From Escherichia phage VEc3: a stretch of 44,895 bases of DNA. The notes beneath the pieces were generated by a model that saw only the letters and a program-made list of their open reading frames with translations, searched no databases and was not told the origin of the DNA. The stretch lies in sequence record NC_047899.1; one strand, written 5' to 3'. This document shows, piece after piece, positions 24,734 to 34,916 of this stretch. Position 1 is the stretch's first letter; each line of letters starts with the position of its first letter. The position numbers and the translations under genes are program-made.

Positions 24734-25471
24734 ATGCCTGTAATTAAACAAACCAGTAAAGTAGGACACATGATGGAAGATGTGGCCTTCCAGATTATTG
24801 ATAGCAAGCTTGAAGCGGTCAACTTGTGTATGCGAGCTATTGGTCGTGAGGGTGTGGATTCTCTCGACTCAGGCGATCTTGATGCAGAAGATGCAAGTAA
24901 GATGATTGATATTGTATCCCAGCGCTTCCAGTATAACAAAGGCGGTGGCTGGTGGTTCAATCGTGAACCTAACTGGCAGCTTGCACCAGACACGAACGGT
25001 GAGATTAACTTGCCTAATAACTGCCTAGCTGTATTGCAGTGCTACGCATTGGGTGAGAAGAAAGTGCCTATGACTATGCGTGCAGGTAAGCTTTACTCCA
25101 CATGGAGTCACACCTTTGATATGCGCAAGCATGTTAATGCTAATGGCATGATTCGTCTTACCTTACTCACCTTACTACCCTACGAGCATCTACCTACAAG
25201 TGTAATGCAGGCTATTGCCTATCAAGCTGCTGTAGAGTTTATTGTGTCTAAGGATGCAGATCAGACTAAGCTAGCCACTGCGCAGCAGATAGCCACTCAG
25301 CTTCTTATGGATGTACAATCTGAGCAAATGTCACAGAAGCGATTAAACATGCTGGTACATAATCCCACTCAGCGTCAATTTGGTATCATGGCTGGTGGCT
25401 CTCAGAATGTACCTGCTTACTCTCATTCACCTTATGATAGTTGGGCACTCCGTCCTTGGGAGGATCGTTAA
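24734..25471 (+). CDS. Tail tubular protein A (gp11-like)
   Basis: 245 aa from ATG 24734 (AGGAGGA RBS); track ORF 24719 slightly over-extended. Confidence 0.65.
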   Translation: MPVIKQTSKVGHMMEDVAFQIIDSKLEAVNLCMRAIGREGVDSLDSGDLDAEDASKMIDIVSQRFQYNKGGGWWFNREPNWQLAPDTNGEINLPNNCLAVLQCYALGEKKVPMTMRAGKLYSTWSHTFDMRKHVNANGMIRLTLLTLLPYEHLPTSVMQAIAYQAAVEFIVSKDADQTKLATAQQIATQLLMDVQSEQMSQKRLNMLVHNPTQRQFGIMAGGSQNVPAYSHSPYDSWALRPWEDR

Positions 25472-27873
25472 TGGAAGTACAAGGTTCATTAGGCAGACAA
25501 ATCCAAGGGATTAGCCAGCAACCGCCAACGGTGCGCTTGGATGGTCAGTGCACAGCTATGGTTAATATGATGCCTGATGTAGTGAATGGTACTCAATCAC
25601 GCATGGGTACAACTCATATTGCAAAGATACTTGATGCGGGGACTGATGACATGGCTACTCATCATTATCGCAGAGGTGATGGTGATGAAGAGTATTTCTT
25701 CACGTTGAAGAAAGGACAAGTTCCTGAGATATTTGATAAGTATGGGCGCAAATGTAATGTGACTTCACAAGATGCACCTATGGCTTACTTGGCTGAGGTG
25801 ATAAACCCAAGAGAAGATGTGCAATTTATGACGATAGCTGATGTTACTTTCATGCTTAACCGCAGGAAGGTAGTTAAAGCTAGTAACAGAAAGTCACCCA
25901 AAGTTGGAAACAAAGCCATTGTGTTTTGTGCATATGGTCAATACGGTACATCTTATTCCATTGTAATTAATGGGGCCAACGCTGCTAGTTTTAAAACACC
26001 GGATGGTGGAAGTGCAGACCATGTTGAACAAATTCGAACTGAACGTATCACTTCTGAATTGTACTCTAAGTTACAGCAATGGAGCGGTGTGAGTGACTAT
26101 GAAATACAAAGAGATGGTACTAGTATATTTATCGAGAGACGGGATGGTGCTAGCTTTACAATAACAACCACCGATGGTGCAAAAGGTAAGGATTTAGTGG
26201 CTATCAAGAATAAAGTTAGCTCTACTGACCTACTCCCTTCTCGTGCGCCTGCGGGTTATAAAGTGCAAGTGTGGCCTACTGGCAGCAAACCTGAGTCTCG
26301 TTACTGGCTGCAAGCTGAGCCTAAAGAGGGAAACCTTGTATCTTGGAAAGAAACAATAGCTGCCGATGTATTACTTGGGTTTGATAAAGGCACAATGCCT
26401 TATATCATTGAACGTACAGGTATCGTAGACGGCATAGCTCAATTCAAGATAAGACAAGGCGATTGGGAAGATCGTAAAGTAGGAGATGACCTGACTAACC
26501 CTATGCCTTCTTTTATTGATGAAGAAGTACCTCAGACAATAGGTGGGATGTTCATGGTGCAGAACCGCCTATGCTTTACAGCAGGTGAAGCTGTTATTGC
26601 TTCTCGTACATCATACTTCTTCGATTTCTTTCGTTATACGGTTATCTCTGCATTGGCAACTGACCCATTTGATATTTTCTCAGATGCTAGTGAAGTCTAC
26701 CAGCTAAAACATGCAGTGACCTTAGATGGCGCTACCGTGTTGTTCTCTGATAAGTCACAATTCATACTGCCAGGAGATAAGCCTTTAGAGAAGTCAAATG
26801 CATTGCTTAAGCCTGTTACAACATTTGAAGTGAACAATAAAGTGAAGCCAGTAGTAACTGGTGAATCGGTAATGTTTGCCACTAATGATGGTTCTTACTC
26901 TGGTGTACGAGAGTTCTATACAGACTCTTATAGTGACACTAAGAAGGCACAAGCAATCACAAGTCATGTGAATAAACTCATCGAAGGTAACATTACCAAC
27001 ATGGCAGCAAGCACCAATGTCAACAGGTTACTTGTCACTACCGATAAGTATCGTAACATAATCTACTGCTACGATTGGTTATGGCAAGGAACAGACCGTG
27101 TACAATCAGCATGGCATGTATGGAAGTGGCCTATAGGTACAAAGGTGCGAGGTATGTTTTATTCTGGCGAATTACTTTACCTGCTCCTTGAGAGAGGCAA
27201 TGGTGTCTATCTGGAGAAGATGGATATGGGTGATGCATTAACCTATGGTTTAAATGATCGTATCCGAATGGATAGACAGGCAGAGTTAATCTTCCAGCAT
27301 TTCAAAGCAGAAGATGAGTGGGTATCTGAACCGCTACCTTGGGTTCCTACTAACCCAGAACTTTTAGATTGCATCTTAATCGAGGGTTGGGATTCATATA
27401 TTGGTGGTTCTTTCCTATTCAAATACAACCCCGGTGATAACACCTTGTCTACAACCTTTGATATGCATGATGATAGCCACGTAAAAGCGAAGGTTATTGT
27501 TGGTCAGATTTACCCTCAAGAGTTTGAACCAACACCTGTAGTTATCAGAGATAGGCAAGACCGTGTATCCTATATTGATGTACCTGTTGTGGGATTAGTT
27601 CACCTTAATCTTGATATGTATCCTGATTTCTCCGTGGAGGTTAAGAATGTGAAGAGTGGTAAAGTACGCAGGGTGCTGGCGTCAAACCGTATAGGTGGTG
27701 CTCTCAACAATACAGTAGGTTATGTTGAACCAAGAGAGGGTGTCTTCAGATTCCCACTGAGGGCTAAGAGTACGGATGCTGTTTATCGTATTATTGTAGA
27801 ATCACCTCACACATTCCAGCTCCGCGATATTGAGTGGGAAGGGAGCTACAATCCAACCAAAAGGAGGGTCTAA
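25471..27873 (+). CDS. Tail tubular protein B (gp12-like)
   Basis: 800 aa from ATG 25471 (TAATG coupling, GGAGGA RBS); size and position match gp12. Confidence 0.75.
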   Translation: MEVQGSLGRQIQGISQQPPTVRLDGQCTAMVNMMPDVVNGTQSRMGTTHIAKILDAGTDDMATHHYRRGDGDEEYFFTLKKGQVPEIFDKYGRKCNVTSQDAPMAYLAEVINPREDVQFMTIADVTFMLNRRKVVKASNRKSPKVGNKAIVFCAYGQYGTSYSIVINGANAASFKTPDGGSADHVEQIRTERITSELYSKLQQWSGVSDYEIQRDGTSIFIERRDGASFTITTTDGAKGKDLVAIKNKVSSTDLLPSRAPAGYKVQVWPTGSKPESRYWLQAEPKEGNLVSWKETIAADVLLGFDKGTMPYIIERTGIVDGIAQFKIRQGDWEDRKVGDDLTNPMPSFIDEEVPQTIGGMFMVQNRLCFTAGEAVIASRTSYFFDFFRYTVISALATDPFDIFSDASEVYQLKHAVTLDGATVLFSDKSQFILPGDKPLEKSNALLKPVTTFEVNNKVKPVVTGESVMFATNDGSYSGVREFYTDSYSDTKKAQAITSHVNKLIEGNITNMAASTNVNRLLVTTDKYRNIIYCYDWLWQGTDRVQSAWHVWKWPIGTKVRGMFYSGELLYLLLERGNGVYLEKMDMGDALTYGLNDRIRMDRQAELIFQHFKAEDEWVSEPLPWVPTNPELLDCILIEGWDSYIGGSFLFKYNPGDNTLSTTFDMHDDSHVKAKVIVGQIYPQEFEPTPVVIRDRQDRVSYIDVPVVGLVHLNLDMYPDFSVEVKNVKSGKVRRVLASNRIGGALNNTVGYVEPREGVFRFPLRAKSTDAVYRIIVESPHTFQLRDIEWEGSYNPTKRRV

Positions 27874-28595
27874 TGGCTATAGGTTCTGCCGTTATGGCTG
27901 GTATGTCTTCTATTGGTAGTATGTTTACAGGCAGCGGTGCAGCAGCCGCTGCTGGAGATGCTGCCGCAGGTGGCGGAGGCTTGCTAGGTTCTCTAGGTGG
28001 CTTCCTAAGCGGCTCTACTGCTGGCTTCTCTAATGCTGGGCTTCTTGGTGCTGGCCTTCAAGGTTTAGGCTTGATTGGTGATCTCTTTGGTGGAAGTGAT
28101 GAAGCCAAGGCAATGAAGAAAGCACAAGAAGAACAGTGGCGGCAGCAACTTATTGCTACACAAGAAGCATACAAAACAGTAGCAGATGCAGAGCGTTCTG
28201 CTGCTAAACAATATCATGCAGATGCAATAAGCAATCAGGCTTCACTACTACAGCAGCGAGCACAGGTTGCATTACTAGCAGGTGCTACTGGTACTGGTGG
28301 TAACTCTGTATCTTCTATGCTGAATGACTTAGCAGCAGAGGGCGGGAGGAACCAGAGTACAATTATTGATAACTATGAGAATCAGAAGATTAACTTCACC
28401 AATCAGCTTAAGTCTATCCAGCGAGGTGGACAGATGCAGATGCGTGAGTTTAAGAAGCCTTCTGCCGTGAGCACCTTGGTGCAAGGTATACCGAGTCTGG
28501 CATCTGCCTATGTAACAGGTAGTAAGTCCGGCATGGCTTTAGGTAAAGCTTTAACTGATTCTCGTACATATTCATCTGGAACAAGAGGTATTTAA
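27873..28595 (+). CDS. Internal virion protein, Gly/Ala-rich (gp13/14-like)
   Basis: 240 aa from ATG 27873 (AGGAGGG RBS); N-terminal glycine-rich hydrophobic region. Confidence 0.5.
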   Translation: MAIGSAVMAGMSSIGSMFTGSGAAAAAGDAAAGGGGLLGSLGGFLSGSTAGFSNAGLLGAGLQGLGLIGDLFGGSDEAKAMKKAQEEQWRQQLIATQEAYKTVADAERSAAKQYHADAISNQASLLQQRAQVALLAGATGTGGNSVSSMLNDLAAEGGRNQSTIIDNYENQKINFTNQLKSIQRGGQMQMREFKKPSAVSTLVQGIPSLASAYVTGSKSGMALGKALTDSRTYSSGTRGI

Positions 28596-31543
28596 TGGCA
28601 ATTGAGCGACAAGCAGTACAAGGCCTGCCACAAGTGCAGGCCACTTCTCCTAATGTCATGACCTTTGCACCTCAGCGAGTTGGAGGTGTGGAGGCTGGCG
28701 TAGCTTCTACCTCCGGTAGTCGATTTATCGAAGACCTTATTCGAGCAGCCAGTAGTGTAGCTGATGTAACCACTGGTATCCTTAATCAAAAGATTGAGGA
28801 AGATAAGGTTGTTCAAATGGAACGGGCATATAACGGATTAATGCCTTCTGAGGATGCAACTCGTGGTGGCGCTCGTGCTAACATGCTTGTCAAAGCTCAA
28901 CTGCTAGCTAATGATGAAGCAGCACGAATGAAAGACATGGCTACTCGTTTCCAAGGAACGGATGACGAGTGGACACAACTTATGGTTGACTCTCGTAATG
29001 AGATGCAGAATAAGCTGTTCCAGCAATACCCTGAGTTGCAAGGTGACAAAGATATTATGCGTATGGTCACTAATGTCTTCCAAGAACAGCAGCCTCAGAT
29101 TTGGGCTACACGAACCCAGCATAAACTTGACCGTGAACAAGCAGACCGTGAGGATACCTTTGACGGGCGAGTGGCTTCTACTTGGGATTCTAGTATTGAC
29201 CCTGAAGCCTCTGGCTATGCTTTACAGGAACGAATCCGCGAAGGTCTTACTCAAGGATTACTACCTGAACAGATGCACAAGAAGTTAGTCCAGCGAGCAA
29301 TTTCACTTGCACAAGGCGGTGATGTTAGCATGGCTGAAGCCCTGAAGTATGTGAAGGATGATAAGGGTGTTTCTGTTTATGCTAAGAATCCACAGCTTAT
29401 CACAGCCATCACTAGTGGTAATGCAGTTTGGGCTAGGAATAATGTAGCTGATGTAACTCGTATGTCTTTCGAAGTTAAAGAATCCTACCTTGCAGGTGAT
29501 TTAACTGATGAAGAATTGTTGGAACGAGCACAGCACATTAATAATCTGACAGGTAACTCTGTCTTCTCTAATCCAGAGCTAGAGGCACTGATGCGCCAAC
29601 GGGCTAAGCAGAATGCAGAGCTAGGTGCAATGCAGGATATGCGACGTGAGCTTTACTCCGACCGCCTGACTGGCTTCCAAGGTAAGACTGATAAAGAGAA
29701 GAAGGCTTACATTGATGTTATCAAACAGGATAGCCAACTTTATGCAGACCAGCAAATCAAACAACGTGGCTTGGACCCTTACAGTCAAGAGGCTGAAGCT
29801 ATTCGTGGTGCAGTGGAAGTGCAGCGCCTGCAATTCATGAACTCCAAAGGCTTAGTGGATGATACCTTTGAGTCTCGTATCAAAGCCATGGAATCTATGC
29901 TATCGCCTGAGCACTTTGCCAAGGGCGAACCACAGGAGTTGATGACTATTCGCCAGTTGTGGGAACAGTTGCCAGAAGAGAGCCGAGGTGTCTTTGGTGA
30001 CACGGTGAATGGCTATATGGATAACTACAACACTGCACTACAAATGGGAGAGACACCTCTGCAGGCTGCAAGGTTTGCGCGTGAAGCACAGCAGAAATTC
30101 TCTCGTACTGAGAAGGAAACCAAGAAGTTCAACTCAGCTATTGGAGATGCACTGGATGAGGTATCTGGTGCTGGCTGGTTTGATGGTAAAACCGAAGTGT
30201 CAGACTTAGGTAAAGCTATTGCGGAAGAAGAGTTACGAGCTAAGGCCAATATGTTGTGGTCTAGTGGTATGCGTAACATGGATTCTATCAAGAAGGCTTT
30301 AATTACTTGGGGCAATAAACGCTACACTCAAACAGAGGATGCAAAGACTTCCGGTGGCTATTTCATTAAAGGTGATTACACTTCTGCATCTGATATGCTT
30401 ATGTCAGTTGGGAAAGGCGTAAACCCTACCGATGTACCTCTGGCGCTTGGTAGGTATGTAGAAACACAGATGCCAGAATTGAAGAAGGAGCTTCAAGAGT
30501 GGGAAACTAAAGATGATATATACATTGATTACAATGAACAGAAAGGAACTTTTGTGATTCGTGCTGGTGCAGCAGGTCGCCCTCTTTCTGGAGTAATCCC
30601 TGTAACCTCTTTAGATACTACTTCACTACTAGATTCTGCCTATCAGAAGAAAGTAGAGGAACGAGATAAAGGCGAGTATGTCCACCCGTATCGTACAGAT
30701 ATTGGTGCACAAGAGCCTATGCCAGCTAAACCAACTGCCAAAGATATTGGTAAATTTGGACTAGCTAACTTCCTCATGTCTTCTGCTTTTGCTTCTGGTG
30801 AGAATCTGCCTTCTAACTTCGAGATTAACTATCGAGGTAATATGCAACAATTCTATGACAAGCTAGCTATGGATGAGAATAAAGATAAAGTTGGCTTTAA
30901 TAAGGCAACTGGAACCTTTACTCCATATAAAGACGCTCGCGGTGAGTCTATCGGTTACGGTCATTTCTTAACGGAAGAAGAGAAGCGAAACGGGTATATT
31001 AAGATTGGTGATGAACTAGTTCCCTATCGAGGGTCTATGTCTCAGCTTACAGAGAGCAAGGCTCGCGCTCTTATGGAGCAAGATGCCAAGAAGCATGTGC
31101 CTCCTACTCGTGACTGGAAGATTCCGTTTGACCAGATGCATCCTGCACAGCAACGTGGCTTGATGGATTTAACCTACAATTTAGGTAAAGGTGGAATCCA
31201 GAACTCACCGCGTGCTCTTGCTGCATTCAAAGCTGGTAAGCTTACGGAAGGCTTTATCGAAATGCTGGGCACTGCATCAAGTGAAGGTAAGCGTATCCCT
31301 GGTCTACTGAAGCGACGCGCTGAGGCATACAATATGGCATCTGCTGGTGGTGTGCCTAAGATTACCGAAGTGGAGACTCGTGAAGATGGCTCCATGTGGG
31401 TTAGGTTTGGTGGACCTATGCCAGCAGGTTCTGTCTCGGCATGGACTCATAAACGTATTGGCGCGGATGGTTGGTATCAGGTTTATGAGGCTGCACCTAC
31501 CAAGTTGGCTAAAGGTTCTAAGGTAGGTAAATTTAAGTTGTAG
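28595..31543 (+). CDS. Internal virion protein with C-terminal lysozyme-like domain
   Basis: 982 aa; C-terminal YKDARGESIGYGH and LMDLTYNLG blocks resemble T4-type lysozyme (YKDTEGYYTIGIGH). Confidence 0.7.
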   Translation: MAIERQAVQGLPQVQATSPNVMTFAPQRVGGVEAGVASTSGSRFIEDLIRAASSVADVTTGILNQKIEEDKVVQMERAYNGLMPSEDATRGGARANMLVKAQLLANDEAARMKDMATRFQGTDDEWTQLMVDSRNEMQNKLFQQYPELQGDKDIMRMVTNVFQEQQPQIWATRTQHKLDREQADREDTFDGRVASTWDSSIDPEASGYALQERIREGLTQGLLPEQMHKKLVQRAISLAQGGDVSMAEALKYVKDDKGVSVYAKNPQLITAITSGNAVWARNNVADVTRMSFEVKESYLAGDLTDEELLERAQHINNLTGNSVFSNPELEALMRQRAKQNAELGAMQDMRRELYSDRLTGFQGKTDKEKKAYIDVIKQDSQLYADQQIKQRGLDPYSQEAEAIRGAVEVQRLQFMNSKGLVDDTFESRIKAMESMLSPEHFAKGEPQELMTIRQLWEQLPEESRGVFGDTVNGYMDNYNTALQMGETPLQAARFAREAQQKFSRTEKETKKFNSAIGDALDEVSGAGWFDGKTEVSDLGKAIAEEELRAKANMLWSSGMRNMDSIKKALITWGNKRYTQTEDAKTSGGYFIKGDYTSASDMLMSVGKGVNPTDVPLALGRYVETQMPELKKELQEWETKDDIYIDYNEQKGTFVIRAGAAGRPLSGVIPVTSLDTTSLLDSAYQKKVEERDKGEYVHPYRTDIGAQEPMPAKPTAKDIGKFGLANFLMSSAFASGENLPSNFEINYRGNMQQFYDKLAMDENKDKVGFNKATGTFTPYKDARGESIGYGHFLTEEEKRNGYIKIGDELVPYRGSMSQLTESKARALMEQDAKKHVPPTRDWKIPFDQMHPAQQRGLMDLTYNLGKGGIQNSPRALAAFKAGKLTEGFIEMLGTASSEGKRIPGLLKRRAEAYNMASAGGVPKITEVETREDGSMWVRFGGPMPAGSVSAWTHKRIGADGWYQVYEAAPTKLAKGSKVGKFKL

Positions 31544-31560
31544 TATCTAACTCAAGGCTT

Positions 31561-31576
31561 GTCTCACATGTGAGAC
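31561..31576. repeat. 16-bp perfect palindrome GTCTCACATGTGAGAC (copy 6)
   Basis: Between the two large internal virion protein genes; extended stem then TCTTTAT. Confidence 0.8.
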
Positions 31577-31607
31577 AGGTCTTTATGATAGGCACTATGG
31601 AGGAATT

Positions 31608-34600
31608 ATGGAACAAGACATTAAGACTAATTGGGCTGGATATGTCCAGTCTACTCCTGAGCCGTTTTCTATTGAGGCGGCTCCGGTATCGGCTCCTACG
31701 ATACGCCAGCGTAATGAGTTACAAGAGCAAGTTCTTGAAGCTAAAGCTGATGCTGATATCTTAGGTGCTGTAGGTGCTGCCTTCCAGAAGGAGTGGTTGG
31801 CATTCGGAGGCAAGCGGTGGTATGACCGTGCCACTGCTGATTTCACACCTCAACCAGACTTCGAGATACAACCTGAGCAACGTGAAGCACTACGTTTCAA
31901 ATATGGTACAGATATGATGCAGACAATCACTGAGGGTGTTCGTTCTGAGGATGAATTGAACTTCCGTATTCAGAATGCTGATGAAGACCTTGAGCGCAAT
32001 AAGCGCATTGCTCAGGCTGGCTGGGTTGGCTCTGTGGCGACGATTGGCGCTGCTGTGCTTGACCCTGTGGGATGGGTTGCCTCTATTCCAACCGGTGGTG
32101 CCGCTAAAGTTGGACTCGTAGGCCGTGCTGTGCGTGGCGCTATCGCCGCTGGCGTAAGTAATGCCGCTATTGAATCCGTATTGGTCCAAGGTGACATGAC
32201 TCGTGATTTAGATGACATTATGGTAGCACTAGGCTCCGGTATGGCTATGGGTGGCGTTATTGGAGCTGTAGCGCGTGGTAGGGCCACTAAGCTCAGTGAG
32301 CAAGGAGATGACAGGGCTGCGAGCATTGTGCGCAGTGCAGACGCAGGGGACCGCTATGTGCGTGCTGTTGCTGATGATAGTATCGGTGCGATGCGTGTTA
32401 AGGGTGAAGAGTTACTCACTGAGGGTGCATTTGATATCTCTAGCAAAGGTGAAGATTTGCTGAAAACCCTACAGCGGGAAGGTAATGCAATTGATATGAC
32501 CCCTCGCCGCTGGGCCGGAACTCTGTCTGCCCTTGGTACTGTCGTACATTCCTCTCAGGATGCAAGTGTACGCGGCCTTGGTGCTCGCCTGTTTGAGTCC
32601 CCCCAAGGCTTAGGTATGCAGAAGGCATCTGCTAGTCTCATGCAGAATACTAACTTGAACCGTCTGAAATCTGCTGATATGAATCGTTTCAACGATGGGT
32701 TCGATTTATGGCTCAAAGAGAATAATATCAACCCGGTTGCAGGTCATACTAACTCTCACTATGTGCAGCAATATAATGAGAAGGTATGGGAAGCTGTACG
32801 CATCGGTATGGATGAGTCTACGCCTAAGTCTATCCGTATGGCAGCAGAGGGGCAGCAAGCTATGTATCGTGAAGCATTAGCATTACGTCAACGCTCTGGT
32901 GAAGCTGGGTTTGAAAAGGTTAAAGCAGATGATAAGTACATGCCTGATATTTTTGACAGTATGAAGGCTCGTCGTCAATTCAGTATGCACGATAAAGAGG
33001 ACATCATTGAGTTATTCTCTCGTGCATACCAGAATGGTTCTCGTAAGGTTCCAAAGGAAGTGGCTGATGATATTGCACGAGCACAAGTAAACCGCGTTGC
33101 TGATGCCACCTTGACCGGACAGCTTAGCTTTGAAAAGGCTATGTCTGGTCAAACCAAAGCAGAATATGAAGCACTAATGCGCAAAGCAGGCTTTAGTGAT
33201 GAAGAGATTGAAAAGATGGTAGAAGCTCTGGATAATAAAGAAACCAGAGATAATATCTCTAACCGAGCTAAGATGAGTTTAGGCTTAGATGTTACTCAAG
33301 AGTACAATGGCATTCGTATGCGTGACTTTATGAACACTAACGTGGAAGAGTTAACAGATAACTACATGAAGGAAGCGGCAGGTGGTGCTGCCTTGGCTCG
33401 TCAAGGTTTCTCTACCTATCAGGCTGCACTTAATGCAATTGATCTTGTAGAGCGAAATGCACGAAATGCAGCTAAAGATACAAAAGCACACGCACAATTT
33501 GAAGCGGAGTCGGCTAAGATCCGTCAATCAGAGCCTGATTACAAGAAGGCACAAGAGAAGATTGAAGAGTTAAAGAAGCGACTTAAATTGAAAGAGAAAG
33601 ATGAAGCAGCTGGTCTGGCTATTGATGAAGAAATCCGTCAGATGCGAGAAGGGCTTCGCTTGATTATGGGTAAATCTATCGATTCAAACCCACAAGATTT
33701 GTCTACTAAAATGCTGCGTCGTGGGCGTGACATTACAGGTGTACTTCGCTTAGGTCAGATGGGCTTCGCACAGCTAGGTGAACTTGCTAACTTCATGGGT
33801 GAGTTTGGTATTGCTGCCACCACTATGGCTTTAGGTAAGCAATTCCGCTTCACCTCTAAGGCGTTGCGTAATGGCGATGGCTTCTTTCGAGATAAGAATT
33901 TAGCTGAGGTTGAGCGAATGGTAGGTTACATTGGTGAAGACAACTGGCTGACAACTAAGGGTGCGCGTCCCGATGAGTTTGGTGATGTAACCACAGTGCG
34001 AGGTATGATGGCCCATTTTGACCAGTCCATGAACTCTATACGACGTGCTCAGACAAACCTATCCCTCTTCCGCATGGCACAGGGTTCTCTGGAGCGAATG
34101 ACCAATAGGCAAATAGCTTTGTCTTTCATTGACCACCTTGAAGGCAAGAAGATTATTCCTCAGAAGAAACTGGAGGAACTTGGTCTTACTCAGGAGTTCA
34201 TGACTAACCTACAGAAGCACTATGATGCTAACTCTAAAGGTTCTGGCTTGCTTGGCTTTGATACAATGCCTTATGCCATGGGTGAAACTTTAGCTAATGC
34301 TATTCGTCGTAAGTCAGGTCTAATTATCCAACGTAACTTCATTGGTGATGAAGGTATCTGGATGAACAAAGCACTAGGTAAGACATTTGCACAGCTTAAG
34401 TCATTCTCTCTTGTATCTGGTGAGAAGCAATTTGGTCGAGGGATTCGCCACGATAAAATTGGTCTTGCTAAGAAGACAGCTTATGGTTTTGCTTTGGGTT
34501 CAATAGTGTATGCGGCAAAAGCCTATGTGAACTCTATTGGTCGAGAAGACCAAGATGAATATTTGGAAGAGAAGTTATCGCCTAAAGGGTTGGCCTTTGG

Positions 34601-34916
34601 TGCAATGGGTATGATGAGTACAACTGCTGTATTTAGTCTAGGTGGAGATTTCTTAGGTGGCCTAGGTGTTCTACCTTCTGAGTTAGTACAATCCCGTTAT
34701 GAGGCTGGCTTTCAGACTAAGGGTTTGATAGACCAAATACCACTAGTAGGTGTTGGTCAAGATGCATATCGTTTAGCAGATTCTATAACTAAATACGCAG
34801 AGGGTGATACAGAAGGTGTAGATGTGGCACGTAGGGTTTTACGCTTAGTGCCTCTAGCTAATGTAATAGGAATCCAGAACGCATTGCGTTATGGCTTAGA
34901 TGAACTGGAGGATTAA
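31608..34916 (+). CDS. Large internal virion/ejection protein (gp16-like)
   Basis: 1102 aa; position and size. Confidence 0.7.
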   Translation: MEQDIKTNWAGYVQSTPEPFSIEAAPVSAPTIRQRNELQEQVLEAKADADILGAVGAAFQKEWLAFGGKRWYDRATADFTPQPDFEIQPEQREALRFKYGTDMMQTITEGVRSEDELNFRIQNADEDLERNKRIAQAGWVGSVATIGAAVLDPVGWVASIPTGGAAKVGLVGRAVRGAIAAGVSNAAIESVLVQGDMTRDLDDIMVALGSGMAMGGVIGAVARGRATKLSEQGDDRAASIVRSADAGDRYVRAVADDSIGAMRVKGEELLTEGAFDISSKGEDLLKTLQREGNAIDMTPRRWAGTLSALGTVVHSSQDASVRGLGARLFESPQGLGMQKASASLMQNTNLNRLKSADMNRFNDGFDLWLKENNINPVAGHTNSHYVQQYNEKVWEAVRIGMDESTPKSIRMAAEGQQAMYREALALRQRSGEAGFEKVKADDKYMPDIFDSMKARRQFSMHDKEDIIELFSRAYQNGSRKVPKEVADDIARAQVNRVADATLTGQLSFEKAMSGQTKAEYEALMRKAGFSDEEIEKMVEALDNKETRDNISNRAKMSLGLDVTQEYNGIRMRDFMNTNVEELTDNYMKEAAGGAALARQGFSTYQAALNAIDLVERNARNAAKDTKAHAQFEAESAKIRQSEPDYKKAQEKIEELKKRLKLKEKDEAAGLAIDEEIRQMREGLRLIMGKSIDSNPQDLSTKMLRRGRDITGVLRLGQMGFAQLGELANFMGEFGIAATTMALGKQFRFTSKALRNGDGFFRDKNLAEVERMVGYIGEDNWLTTKGARPDEFGDVTTVRGMMAHFDQSMNSIRRAQTNLSLFRMAQGSLERMTNRQIALSFIDHLEGKKIIPQKKLEELGLTQEFMTNLQKHYDANSKGSGLLGFDTMPYAMGETLANAIRRKSGLIIQRNFIGDEGIWMNKALGKTFAQLKSFSLVSGEKQFGRGIRHDKIGLAKKTAYGFALGSIVYAAKAYVNSIGREDQDEYLEEKLSPKGLAFGAMGMMSTTAVFSLGGDFLGGLGVLPSELVQSRYEAGFQTKGLIDQIPLVGVGQDAYRLADSITKYAEGDTEGVDVARRVLRLVPLANVIGIQNALRYGLDELED

